From Candidatus Colwellbacteria bacterium (GTDB lineage Bacteria; Patescibacteriota; Minisyncoccia; UBA6257; Colwellbacteraceae): a stretch of 64,000 nt of DNA. This document shows positions 1 to 9,702 of this stretch, in pieces. Made by a program: the position numbers and the translations under genes. The notes under the pieces were generated by a model that worked only from the letters and a program-made list of their open reading frames with translations, was not told where the DNA came from and searched no databases. The DNA is taken from contig JAQTUL010000004.1 of the NCBI GenBank assembly GCA_028710275.1, positions 11,646 to 75,645 on the forward strand, written 5' to 3'. Each line of letters opens with the position of its first letter. The first letter of the stretch is position 1.

Positions 1-5
1 GATGT

Positions 6-2165
6 ATGGAGATTATCGGATCTACATTGCGTGATATTAAATTAAGATCTATTATTTTATGTACATCATGCCGATACAGATTTACATTGGATATCAACGA
101 TAAAACATTGGATAAGTACGGTATATTTTATAATCCGATAATTGAAGAACGAGAGAATCTTAAATGTGTGAAACCTTTCTATTGTAAAGAAGAAAGATCG
201 AAACTAGATCGGTGGGGAGTTGATCTTATTCCGGTTGATAAATGGAGAGAATTCTTTCAAAAAGATATCATATTTGGGAACTCTGTTTACAAGAAAAAAA
301 GAAGAGAATGTAATATTACTGATGAAAGTTTCGAAAAGAGTAAAAAGTCGAATATGAAAATGAAGGAATTTATAGCCCCTAATGGTCGAATATTTAATGT
401 TGATGGATATGAATCAAATGTTCTAAAACATCTTGTAAATTATATATCAGAAGAGAATATCATAACCGATTCAAGATGTATCCCAGTAATATCATACAAA
501 TATTTTGATGGTGAAAGAAAGTATTTCCCTGACTTTTACATACCGGAATATAATCTTCTAATTGAAGTTAAGAGCTTGAGAACATATTACGATAATTCAG
601 ATAAAAATATAATGAAGATGTTGTATTCGTTTTATACAGGATACAATGTCGAATTGTGGATAGTATCTAAAAAATACACATATATTTTATTCTTGTCTCA
701 CACACCTTCAGGTATGAATTTATACTATAAAATTATATTGAATAACAACGAAGATGAATATCTTTTTATGGTCGATGTGTGTAAGGGATATTTAGACAAC
801 AAATACTATATCAATAAAAAAGGATTGAAAGTATTGGTTATTTCAGAATGGATAGAATATAAAAGAATTAGAAGTGTGGTTAATGACATCTTTAAACCAC
901 ACGAAAACATTCATACTCTTAATGATCGCTGTAAAAAGTTGGAATCTAAAACAAAGACTAAATTGATTGAGATTGTTATCGAAAGTGATGTCGAAGAAGA
1001 AAAGGAAGAGAAAGTATCCGAATTGGTTGAGATCATTATGGAGAGTGAATCAGACGACGATATATCATTTGAATCTGTTGGAAAATATAATACAGATGAT
1101 GAAATAATCGTGCCAGATCTTTCTTCTTATTTTGAAGCTAAGACTTTTCACATACCTAGAGAGATAACAACCGATATTATGATGTCAGTAATGAAAGATG
1201 GTCGTCGATTCGATAAAATAGTCGATGTAATCATGAAACATTTAGAGAAATATCCATCATTCATATCATGTAGAAAATGGATTACCGATGAAGAATTATT
1301 CAAACGATACGATACAGGTATTATGAAAAGTGTCACTGTTGATGAGAATGATGTGTTGATAAGTAATACAAAATTTGTAGGATTTCTAAACTATTTTGTC
1401 ATGGACGAGATATTAAAAGTAAAAACAGGGTCTAGAAAACGTAACATTCACGATACATGGGATGATCATCAAACTCGTCGTAAATTAGTAGAAGACACTT
1501 TTAAGAACAAAGATTTGAAAGTGTTTACACCTATGTCCATTGAATCGAAATATTCTTATAGGGAATCTAGGGCGTACAATTTTCCTGTAAATATAGCATG
1601 TCATTTATACAATAAATATGGAGGAGAGAGAGTACTAGATTTTAGTTCTGGCTTTGGAGGAAGATTGATCGGATTTTGGAAATCCAACGCGAAAGAATAT
1701 GTTGGAATAGATCCTAATAAAAATATCGATTATAATAGTATACTCAAATGGGTGGGAGAAAATGATCCACAAAATAAAAAGGTCTCTATAATTAGAAAAC
1801 CTGCTGAAGATGTGGATTTTTCAACCTTGGGTAAATTTAACTTTGTATTCACATCGCCTCCTTATTACGATCTGGAGGTATATTCATCTGATGAATCTCA
1901 AAGTGTTTCGCGATATAAAACGTATAGTATATGGTTAGATAAATTTTTAAAGGTTGTAATAGATAAATCTATACATGTTTTGGAAATAGGGGGGTATCTC
2001 GCGATAAATATTCAAAATATCAAAAAATACAATATAGCAGATGATATGTGTAGATATTTAGATGATCGAAAAGAGTTAATTAGAAAAGAGGATATAGTAT
2101 ATAAAAAATCAACAAAGACAAAGAAGAATTTAGAACGAATCTATCTGTATCATAAATTAACTTAA
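6..2165 (+). CDS. Fusion protein: N-terminal PD-(D/E)xK restriction-endonuclease-like domain, acidic linker, C-terminal SAM-dependent gamma-class (HemK/N6-adenine-type) methyltransferase
   Basis: Nuclease motif '...YFPDFYIPEYNLLIEVKS' (PD...EVK). Methyltransferase motif I 'VLDFSSGFGGRLIG' followed about 70 aa later by motif IV 'FVFTSPPYY'. Long uninterrupted ORF. Confidence 0.55.
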   Translation: MEIIGSTLRDIKLRSIILCTSCRYRFTLDINDKTLDKYGIFYNPIIEERENLKCVKPFYCKEERSKLDRWGVDLIPVDKWREFFQKDIIFGNSVYKKKRRECNITDESFEKSKKSNMKMKEFIAPNGRIFNVDGYESNVLKHLVNYISEENIITDSRCIPVISYKYFDGERKYFPDFYIPEYNLLIEVKSLRTYYDNSDKNIMKMLYSFYTGYNVELWIVSKKYTYILFLSHTPSGMNLYYKIILNNNEDEYLFMVDVCKGYLDNKYYINKKGLKVLVISEWIEYKRIRSVVNDIFKPHENIHTLNDRCKKLESKTKTKLIEIVIESDVEEEKEEKVSELVEIIMESESDDDISFESVGKYNTDDEIIVPDLSSYFEAKTFHIPREITTDIMMSVMKDGRRFDKIVDVIMKHLEKYPSFISCRKWITDEELFKRYDTGIMKSVTVDENDVLISNTKFVGFLNYFVMDEILKVKTGSRKRNIHDTWDDHQTRRKLVEDTFKNKDLKVFTPMSIESKYSYRESRAYNFPVNIACHLYNKYGGERVLDFSSGFGGRLIGFWKSNAKEYVGIDPNKNIDYNSILKWVGENDPQNKKVSIIRKPAEDVDFSTLGKFNFVFTSPPYYDLEVYSSDESQSVSRYKTYSIWLDKFLKVVIDKSIHVLEIGGYLAINIQNIKKYNIADDMCRYLDDRKELIRKEDIVYKKSTKTKKNLERIYLYHKLT

Positions 2166-2188
2166 ACCTCTCATCATTAAATTAACAC

Positions 2189-2776
2189 ATGCCGTTCCAG
2201 ATCGGATCACCAGAACACTATAAATTCCATGGCGTCGCTTTCATATCAGATGATGTGGATGATGTCAAGGAGATTTCTCTTTACGACTTTCAGACATCAA
2301 CCTATCGAAAGTGTCGGATCGTTGATCAGATGCCTTACGATCTAGTCGAGATCCAGTTCGACGATGATAAGACATGTACTGTCACATGTAGAGATTCCTA
2401 CAGACTTGCAAAAGATGAGAGAGAATTCCGGTCGACCGAAGAGATGATGAGAGAGGATGCATGGAGAATGAAGGTTGTAGAAGATGAGGGTGAATTCGAT
2501 TTCTACGACGAAGATGAAGATGATGAATGGATTAAGGCGGAGGTCGGAGGATTAGTTGATGATCTAGTCTCCGGTGTAATCGACGTTCGTTATCGGAAAT
2601 CTAGCGGATATTGGGGTTATCTTCATTACGAGAGTAGAAGAATAGCTGAATATCAAACAAAGACTCCGGTGTTGACTGAAGAGGATCTTCTGGAGGAGGA
2701 GACAGAACAGAGACGTCAAGAGGATATGGAACAGAAAGATGACGCAATCCTTGATGAGATGTGTAAAATTCAGTAA
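2189..2776 (+). CDS. hypothetical acidic protein
   Basis: 195-aa ORF with a D/E-rich C-terminal half and compact spacing from the upstream gene. Confidence 0.4.
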   Translation: MPFQIGSPEHYKFHGVAFISDDVDDVKEISLYDFQTSTYRKCRIVDQMPYDLVEIQFDDDKTCTVTCRDSYRLAKDEREFRSTEEMMREDAWRMKVVEDEGEFDFYDEDEDDEWIKAEVGGLVDDLVSGVIDVRYRKSSGYWGYLHYESRRIAEYQTKTPVLTEEDLLEEETEQRRQEDMEQKDDAILDEMCKIQ

Positions 2777-2811
2777 AGTCAGTATAAAGTCTTCAAGTAT
2801 AGATTAACTAA

Positions 2812-3033
2812 ATGGGAGCGACGGAAAGTAAAAGTGTAATCAAGAATGAACCCAAACGTGTAATCAAGAGTGAAAGCCTTTTTTGGGGTGCATGGTACGA
2901 TAAAACAGGAGATTATTCGGTAGGACCGGCAGTGACACTCTATAATGATCAGTCACTAAACGATTACAATCGTAAGATGACATTGTATGTTCTCGCTAAA
3001 CACAGACGTAAAGATGGGAAATATCACTTATGA
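2812..3033 (+). CDS. hypothetical small protein
   Basis: 73-aa ORF in an otherwise gene-free interval. Confidence 0.25.
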   Translation: MGATESKSVIKNEPKRVIKSESLFWGAWYDKTGDYSVGPAVTLYNDQSLNDYNRKMTLYVLAKHRRKDGKYHL

Positions 3034-3070
3034 AAGTTTTAAATTATAGTTATTCAACTATAATTTAAGT

Positions 3071-3382
3071 TTATACTCTACAATCACCTATTGAAGACTC
3101 ACTCACTCTCGCATATGAATATTTTCTTCTCATGTAGAGAATAAGAACATTCTGAAGAAAGGAGATAGAACTACCGGTGATATAGACGTAATCAATTCTC
3201 AATGCTCCATAGAGAATTGCGAGAATATATGAAAGCTGTTGTATAACAATCATAGCAATCGAGATATCATCCCCTTTCTTAGTCTTGTACAGTTGGTAGA
3301 TCTGAGGGAATCGATAGATCATCGATAGCAATGTCGCAGCATACCCGATCAGAAGAATTCCATACTCTGGAACAACAGTCAT
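3071..3382 (-). CDS. PQ-loop / SemiSWEET-like small membrane protein
   Basis: 103 aa with about 3 TM helices. 'FPQIYQLYKTKKGDDIS' matches the PQ-loop signature (PQ...K.K). Confidence 0.45.
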   Translation of the reverse strand: MTVVPEYGILLIGYAATLLSMIYRFPQIYQLYKTKKGDDISIAMIVIQQLSYILAILYGALRIDYVYITGSSISFLQNVLILYMRRKYSYARVSESSIGDCRV

Positions 3383-3417
3383 TTTGATATGTGATGATCT
3401 TTATTGAATAAAGATCA

Positions 3418-3675
3418 TCAATCATTTTTTGATATCATTGATTGATATATTCCAACTTTAAAAGCTGTATCAATCAACTTTAAAAATGATTGTAAGATAA
3501 ATATTATATAGATAAGAAAGATGCCGTCGACTTCAGTTCCTGTTACAGTTAAGATTGTCAAACCGATTACACCGGTAAAAAAGCCTGTGTATCCCGGACC
3601 TAAATGTAGATGATCAACAACAGCGTTTCGATTTATAAAAATGAATGTTCCATTTTTATAAGTACTTCTCATCAT
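3418..3675 (-). CDS. hypothetical small membrane protein
   Basis: 85-aa ORF with hydrophobic segments. The 13-bp-stem hairpin at 3393..3420 overlaps the first 3 nt of its 3' end, as expected for a mimivirus-type terminator. Confidence 0.3.
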   Translation of the reverse strand: MMRSTYKNGTFIFINRNAVVDHLHLGPGYTGFFTGVIGLTILTVTGTEVDGIFLIYIIFILQSFLKLIDTAFKVGIYQSMISKND

Positions 3676-3680
3676 CCATT

Positions 3681-5117
3681 ATGTCACAAGAAGCATCTCA
3701 ATCGATCCCTAAGGAGGATGTCGAGTTCTATGGTATCGACGAAGCCCATATGTTCTATGTCGAGGAGAAACAAGAGATCTATGATCTGTTTTGTGATATG
3801 TCGGAATTAGACGCAGATGTTAAGGTTCCGTTCGATGATGACGACATGAAACGATACAATAAGATCTGTAAGAGAGTAGACGAAATTAAGAATGAGATTG
3901 TATGGAATGAAAGACAAATTGTTGTTCATGCGGGAGAGGAACTGAATCCCGATAACATCTCATTTAAGGGATTGATTGAAGAACTCGACAGAGTTGAGAC
4001 TGAAATGGGGTCTATTTTCAGAAACAGATCAAACCCACAATATCATTTTGATATTGTCTTTTATCACAAGGGATGTCCGGATGGACAATGTGGCGCATGG
4101 ATTTATAAACGAAAGATGAAGGATCTCGGTATTCCAACTGATAAAGTTACATTCATTCCGATGATCGCAGGAAAGTATCCGAAAGAGACAAAAATCGATA
4201 AGAAGAGGGTTCTCATGATCGATGTCTGTCCGAAAAAAGAGGAGATTGAGGAGATTCTGACCAAATGCAGTGTGTTATATATTCTCGATCATCACGAGTC
4301 TGGAGAGACCGATACAAAGGATGTCAAATTGAGAGATTCAGAGTTTTCATCGGACTACAAACATAAGAATCTCCACGTGATTTTCGATATGAAGAGATGT
4401 GGCTCGCAGATTGCGTGGGACTACTTCTACCCACGCAATCATACACGAATTATTAAACGAGTGACCGAAGACCATCAGTTCAAAGAACTGCTATCTATTT
4501 CTGTATCGTTCTCAGACAAATTTGAGAGTAAAGACTCTTATATTACACTAGACTTTTTTGACACAGACAATCGACCATGGTTTATCGATGTTGTAGCAGA
4601 TAGAGATATCTGGAAATGGATGTACCCGTCATCGAAGGCGTTGGGAGCTTATCTCTTCTTCCATAAATACTGGTGGGATTCTTGTCTGGACTCAAACAAA
4701 CTCGACTATCTTATGACAGTACAATTACCAGAACTTCAGAAAATGAAAACTGATGGTGAACTTCTTCTTGAGATCGAAGAACGAGATGTTCAGGAAGCAG
4801 TACGATCATCATTTCTATGTGACTTTACCTCTCCATCAGGAACAGACTATAAAGTGCGTTTTGTAATTTGTAAACATACATTGGCTTCAGAGGTCGGTAA
4901 CAGATTGTCTTCAATGGACGACTGTAGTTTCGCTGCAATTGGAAGATATGATTATGATACAGATGAATGGTGGATCTCTTGTCGAGGAAAGGATAAGGTA
5001 AATTTATCGGTTCTGTGTCGAGAGTTTGGTGGAGGTGGGCATCCTAACGCGTCGGGATTCACAATGAAGAATGATGCAGGATCTCTTCAGAATGTGTTTC
5101 GAAAGATTAAAAACTGA
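3681..5117 (+). CDS. DHH-DHHA1 family phosphoesterase (RecJ/nanoRNase-like)
   Basis: 'ILDHHESGE' DHH motif, 'GGGHPNASGF' DHHA1 motif and a 'DxD'-type N-terminal motif. Start placed at the internal ATG (MSQEAS) to avoid overlap with the upstream gene. Confidence 0.75.
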   Translation: MSQEASQSIPKEDVEFYGIDEAHMFYVEEKQEIYDLFCDMSELDADVKVPFDDDDMKRYNKICKRVDEIKNEIVWNERQIVVHAGEELNPDNISFKGLIEELDRVETEMGSIFRNRSNPQYHFDIVFYHKGCPDGQCGAWIYKRKMKDLGIPTDKVTFIPMIAGKYPKETKIDKKRVLMIDVCPKKEEIEEILTKCSVLYILDHHESGETDTKDVKLRDSEFSSDYKHKNLHVIFDMKRCGSQIAWDYFYPRNHTRIIKRVTEDHQFKELLSISVSFSDKFESKDSYITLDFFDTDNRPWFIDVVADRDIWKWMYPSSKALGAYLFFHKYWWDSCLDSNKLDYLMTVQLPELQKMKTDGELLLEIEERDVQEAVRSSFLCDFTSPSGTDYKVRFVICKHTLASEVGNRLSSMDDCSFAAIGRYDYDTDEWWISCRGKDKVNLSVLCREFGGGGHPNASGFTMKNDAGSLQNVFRKIKN

Positions 5118-5176
5118 AACCGTACAAAAATGAATTAATACGGATTACCTTTTTATCAATCACACTTGATAAAAAG

Positions 5177-6295
5177 ATGAAGATCGTCAATTCCAAACGT
5201 TATTTTCTTACACCTATTAATCTGGATAAGTTGATTAAGAGAAGATCACACAAGAGTTACCAAGCAGAATGCAGAATCAATCTTTCACACCCTGAAAAGA
5301 TCGAAGAGGGATACCGTTATATTCTAAATTACAACTGTCTTCATAAGGAGATTTACAAAAAACTTATCTCTGATATCAAAAAGTCCAATACGATCGATCA
5401 GAAAAAGGTGAAGATGGCGAGTGATATCTTCTGGTCACTTTTCAGTGATTCATCTATTTCCGCTGTAAATTTGAAGGCAATCGGTATATTAACAGGAACA
5501 GAATCGACAGGATATAATGTGATGACCCAAACTACAGCAAACAGTACAGGTGAAGCATCACTAAATTTTAACTTCTGGTGTTCCTCTCCAGCACAATTTG
5601 CATTTCTAAATATTGTTATTATCACAACAGGTGAAATCGACAGTATCAAGTTCGATAGCAAAATTATTCATTGTAGTTCTGATATCTACAGTATGATAGC
5701 GAATAAGGAGATTTACACTCCATCAACCGAAAAGGATATGGTTATCTTTTGTTCTGGTGGAACACTAACCAAAATCCAAGCGTCTCACGCTCAAAAATAT
5801 TATAGTGAAATTGTGTGTTCGTTTTCAGTTCCTTATATTACTGATCCAAAATTGTGTAAAGTAAGAGTATGGGGTGAAGATAGACAGATCGATGATGCGA
5901 ATTTTCTCTTTCAAGAAGAAGGAGAGAGTTCTGATGATATATTCGGTGCGAGTGAGTACTGGAAAGAGTATATCTGTCTCGATAAGAATCGAGTTGATGA
6001 TATTAAGAAAGGGAGAAAAATTTCGATATTGGTCTCTCCAATGGAGTATAAACTACCTGAATATATCATATCAAAGTATGTTCAGATGTGTGATGATATC
6101 GCCGAGCAGAAATTATTGTGGATTTTGTGGAAAACAGGTCAATCTCTTCCAACCAATTCAAACAAGTCGATATTCTCTCTTGATAAAATTAAGAGAGCGG
6201 AGATTGATGGAGGATCAAATCTCAGTCACGAGATTATGACGTGTCATAGCGCCGAAGAAAGAGAGATCGCACCGAAAAATGATATTCCGGAGTGA
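5177..6295 (+). CDS. hypothetical protein
   Basis: 372-aa ORF with no recognisable motifs. Confidence 0.45.
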   Translation: MKIVNSKRYFLTPINLDKLIKRRSHKSYQAECRINLSHPEKIEEGYRYILNYNCLHKEIYKKLISDIKKSNTIDQKKVKMASDIFWSLFSDSSISAVNLKAIGILTGTESTGYNVMTQTTANSTGEASLNFNFWCSSPAQFAFLNIVIITTGEIDSIKFDSKIIHCSSDIYSMIANKEIYTPSTEKDMVIFCSGGTLTKIQASHAQKYYSEIVCSFSVPYITDPKLCKVRVWGEDRQIDDANFLFQEEGESSDDIFGASEYWKEYICLDKNRVDDIKKGRKISILVSPMEYKLPEYIISKYVQMCDDIAEQKLLWILWKTGQSLPTNSNKSIFSLDKIKRAEIDGGSNLSHEIMTCHSAEEREIAPKNDIPE

Positions 6296-6323
6296 ATGAT
6301 TATAAATCAGAATATCCACTACA

Positions 6324-6743
6324 ATGGTATTTTATATCGACAAACTTAGTGTTACCGGTACGATGATGGACGGAGAGACCAAAATTCTAACTACTGAAGT
6401 GTATGAAGACTACATGTCTGATGAGATCGATTTTTGGACAGGAGATATCAAGAATATCATGCGTCTCGATTTTGAGTATTTACATTCGGAAGAAGAAAAT
6501 GATGTATGGAGCTTTATCGAGAAGCATTCGAAGTATCTCATTAATCTCCAATCAATCTCTTTTGCACAGCCTCTCGGAAGTTGTCAAACTATCGATACAT
6601 TTCTCATGATGATTCAATCATTGTGTAACGTACAGATTGATCATATAGAGACAGGGATCGTTGTATATTCATCACATGAAAAATCCGATAAACCATATCT
6701 CGATCGATATTTTAATATCAAAACTATCACAAGCATTTATTGA
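6324..6743 (+). CDS. hypothetical protein
   Basis: 139-aa ORF. Confidence 0.4.
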   Translation: MVFYIDKLSVTGTMMDGETKILTTEVYEDYMSDEIDFWTGDIKNIMRLDFEYLHSEEENDVWSFIEKHSKYLINLQSISFAQPLGSCQTIDTFLMMIQSLCNVQIDHIETGIVVYSSHEKSDKPYLDRYFNIKTITSIY

Positions 6744-6809
6744 ATAAAAATGAATTATTTTAAAAGATACGGTATTGCACTACAAATTTGGAAGTAATCG
6801 CAAAACCAG

Positions 6810-7454
6810 ATGTCTTCCGATAAAACAGAACGCAAAGAGGTTCCCATTATTTTCGAGGATTCAGATGATGAGCAGGAGGTGATTCTGGAAGAAATTTCTT
6901 CCGACAGCCAGGAAGTTGAACTCGAAGAGGAGAAATCTCCCAAGGAAAAAGAGAAGGATGATGGAAGTATGTGGTTTCATGAAAAGGGAAAATTTACTCT
7001 CCACGGATTTACGATGTACGATGTTCTCATCACACAAGAACAATTCCAGTACGTGGAGTATTTCAAACGATCAGTGCTGAGAATAGATCTTCCCGAGGGA
7101 TTGAGTGAAAAGTGGAGACATCCACTCATCGGTTCCATGAGAGATAGAATTGAAAATGAATATGGGATGAAAGTGAAGGGGGTGTTTGGGAATCATTACG
7201 AAAAAGAAGGAAACGACTATGCACCGTACCACAAGGATTCATACGGAGATGGAAAAGGAGTATTTACTGTGTCTATCGGAGGAACCCGTATGTTCTACAC
7301 AAAAGATGACAAGACTGGTGTTGTAACTAAACATAAACTCGATGACGGGGATCTATTTTATTTCAACTCACAGTTTAACTCAAAGCACAAACATTCAATT
7401 CCCAAACTTAAATCCTACAAGGATCCTCGTATCAGCATTGTGTTTTTTGTGTAA
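6810..7454 (+). CDS. AlkB-like 2OG-Fe(II) dioxygenase (nucleic-acid demethylase family)
   Basis: 'APYHKDSYGDG' HxD iron ligand, a downstream His, and the C-terminal 'RISIVFF' that matches the AlkB 'R(I/L)S(L/I)TFR' motif. Confidence 0.6.
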   Translation: MSSDKTERKEVPIIFEDSDDEQEVILEEISSDSQEVELEEEKSPKEKEKDDGSMWFHEKGKFTLHGFTMYDVLITQEQFQYVEYFKRSVLRIDLPEGLSEKWRHPLIGSMRDRIENEYGMKVKGVFGNHYEKEGNDYAPYHKDSYGDGKGVFTVSIGGTRMFYTKDDKTGVVTKHKLDDGDLFYFNSQFNSKHKHSIPKLKSYKDPRISIVFFV

Positions 7455-7842
7455 TCTGTCTCAATACTTTGTTCGTGGAATTCTCAACAACAATGGAGAG
7501 ATTGTTTATGTGTTTACACATATCAAGCATTTGAATAAACATCTTATTATTCAAAGCTAAAATTGAACTCAGTTGTGAATTTACACGCCCACAATCTTTA
7601 CACCCTGAAAGCTGGTTGTTAGGTGGGATATTCTCTTGCATTGGTATCTCTTCATATAGAGAACTCTCTAGTTTATCTGATTTCTCTTTTGAAATAATTA
7701 ATTCTCTCATAATAGCATTGGTCCTTGTATCAATACATTTTTTAGTCCTCTGTTGATGAGCTTTGAGATTGCTTTTGCTTGAGTAGGTTTTGTGACAATA
7801 TTGACACGTGTTTGTGACATCCTCTTTTATTACAGTTGTCAT
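7432..7842 (-). CDS. C2H2-type zinc-finger protein
   Basis: 'CQYCHKTYSSKSNLKAHQQRTKKC' C2H2 motif. Paralogous to the N-terminus of 27299..28264. Confidence 0.5.
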   Translation of the reverse strand: MTTVIKEDVTNTCQYCHKTYSSKSNLKAHQQRTKKCIDTRTNAIMRELIISKEKSDKLESSLYEEIPMQENIPPNNQLSGCKDCGRVNSQLSSILALNNKMFIQMLDMCKHINNLSIVVENSTNKVLRQITQKTQC

Positions 7843-7962
7843 TGGTTAATTACGTAACTAATCATTTAGATTAATTTTTCCATATTCAGATACAGTATCT
7901 GTAAAACTGATTATTTTAAATACGATATAGCATAATTTACTCTACCACGAACTTCCTATAAG

Positions 7963-8652
7963 ATGGCTTCGTCGATTTCTTTTGCCAGATGGTTGTGTCA
8001 TTTCCTCTGTGTTTCGAGTGATCAGGAAATCGACCTTGCTCCCGGACTTGACTGTCTTCTGTCCGGAATTCCGGACTCGGATGTTTCCGATGGAACGCGC
8101 AGATTTTTGGAGAAGAGATTTCCGAATATTTCGGAAGACAAGGTTATCGATGTGATCGATACCCTAAACAAGATGAGACGGATCATTCCACTCAAGATAT
8201 CATCATCCAAAACCTCAATCGTATGTACACCTGTCGATACCAATGGAGCACAATTTGATGATGTTTCATCCACAAATGAAACTGAAATTATCTATGATGA
8301 GGTTATCTCCCCCACGGTTGTGTTGTCTTCGTCCAAGAAGTTCACTTTCGATATCCATGGTGATGTTGTTCCGCTCAAAAATCTCAAGAGAGTGAATCTG
8401 ATATACTCATCGATCGTTCACAACACAACACATCGTCTTCGATTGAAAGTCTCTCTTATTGCTGACCGGGAAGAGGTATCCGAGTGTGACGTATACATCG
8501 GTATGATTAGACGCCAACTTCGAAAGGATAACAATCTGAAGAATAAGATCGATATGATGATACTTCGTGATGAGTACGAGAAACTTCTGTCATCATGTAA
8601 CCTATCAGTCGACGATGAAACAAAGAAAAGTATTAACAATTTCATCGGTTAA
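7963..8652 (+). CDS. hypothetical protein
   Basis: 229-aa ORF. Its stop overlaps the TAAAGCTCCGG motif, and a hairpin lies downstream at 8712..8739. Confidence 0.45.
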   Translation: MASSISFARWLCHFLCVSSDQEIDLAPGLDCLLSGIPDSDVSDGTRRFLEKRFPNISEDKVIDVIDTLNKMRRIIPLKISSSKTSIVCTPVDTNGAQFDDVSSTNETEIIYDEVISPTVVLSSSKKFTFDIHGDVVPLKNLKRVNLIYSSIVHNTTHRLRLKVSLIADREEVSECDVYIGMIRRQLRKDNNLKNKIDMMILRDEYEKLLSSCNLSVDDETKKSINNFIG

Positions 8653-8753
8653 AGCTCCGGTTTGATAACGTCAAACTCGTTCAAACTTTGACTCCAAGAA
8701 TAAAAACGATTATAATGTCTGGAATGTTCCAGACATTATAACTCAGTCCAGAG

Positions 8754-9647
8754 ATGAATCATAAATTTCAGCAGTTCCTCAAAAACAGCGATTTACTACC
8801 GAAGATTAATCAATCTCAGGGACAATATAGATATATACTTGATCTTATAGGATGTAAATGTATTCGAGATAGAGAAGTATTCGAGATTGATGATGAATGC
8901 CCCCATTTTCACCTTGATTATCCAAACGATTGTCAATCTATGATTATGTCATATTTTCAATCTCTGAATACAGATCTATTGGTTAAAAATATTCCTTTAC
9001 GATACGGAAAAGTAAAGGGAGTTATTAGAGAGATAGAAGACGATGGATATAGATTATCTCTTTTAGGATCTGATTATGAGCAGAAGATGGACGTTGAGTC
9101 ACACCTTTTATCTACACATATCAAAGATGTCCATAAAAAAATTGTTAATGGATTCGATGTCATGTCCTCGAAAAAGAAGCGATGGGGTGGATGGTCTATA
9201 TTTCTTGAAGGAGGTATACTCTATGGAAAAATAGAAATGGAACGTTGTTCCGAAAGATCAACCGTATATCATATCAGTAGAGAGTTAGCTGAATGCGCTG
9301 TGATTGTTGTTAAAAGAGATGTAACGACAATGATTGTACCGACTTATAAATACTTTCATAAGTACAAAACACACAGTATCTATCGTATGTGGAGATATAT
9401 TCAAAATAGATTGAGAGATATGGATGATAATCGTAAAATTCTCGACGAGGATTGTGATATGTTTTCTGTATATAATTTCGAAAATAATGTGTTAACTCTT
9501 GAGAAGAAAAAAGTTGTTTCATTTTCAAAAGCTACGGTAGGATCGTATCCTACTTGCCTAAGCGGTTCCAACTTTTCAAAGAAGATCAGTATAACCGAAT
9601 TCTCTCCTTTTCTCTCTTTCTGTCTGTTCGTTGTAGAGAAGTACTAA
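8754..9647 (+). CDS. hypothetical protein
   Basis: 297-aa ORF followed by a hairpin at 9660..9689. Confidence 0.45.
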   Translation: MNHKFQQFLKNSDLLPKINQSQGQYRYILDLIGCKCIRDREVFEIDDECPHFHLDYPNDCQSMIMSYFQSLNTDLLVKNIPLRYGKVKGVIREIEDDGYRLSLLGSDYEQKMDVESHLLSTHIKDVHKKIVNGFDVMSSKKKRWGGWSIFLEGGILYGKIEMERCSERSTVYHISRELAECAVIVVKRDVTTMIVPTYKYFHKYKTHSIYRMWRYIQNRLRDMDDNRKILDEDCDMFSVYNFENNVLTLEKKKVVSFSKATVGSYPTCLSGSNFSKKISITEFSPFLSFCLFVVEKY

Positions 9648-9702
9648 AAATGAAATACCGATAAGTACTAACTGTGTTAGTACTTATCACCGACTCGAGG
9701 AA

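Noticed and set aside
1148-1336. Short ORFs embedded antisense or out of frame inside long genes. Examples are 1148..1336, 5398..5661, 36675..37061, 38448..39153, 40130..40609, 53417..53758 and 60311..60673.
   Set aside because: They are fully nested in well-supported longer ORFs (methyltransferase fusion, RPB1, Hsp70, kinase-like protein). They have no independent motifs and their composition is typical of AT-rich antisense reading frames.
7559-7566. AAAATTGA octamer inside the coding region.
   Set aside because: It is located within the 7432..7842 gene and is 400 nt from the next + strand start, so it is likely chance in an AT-rich genome.
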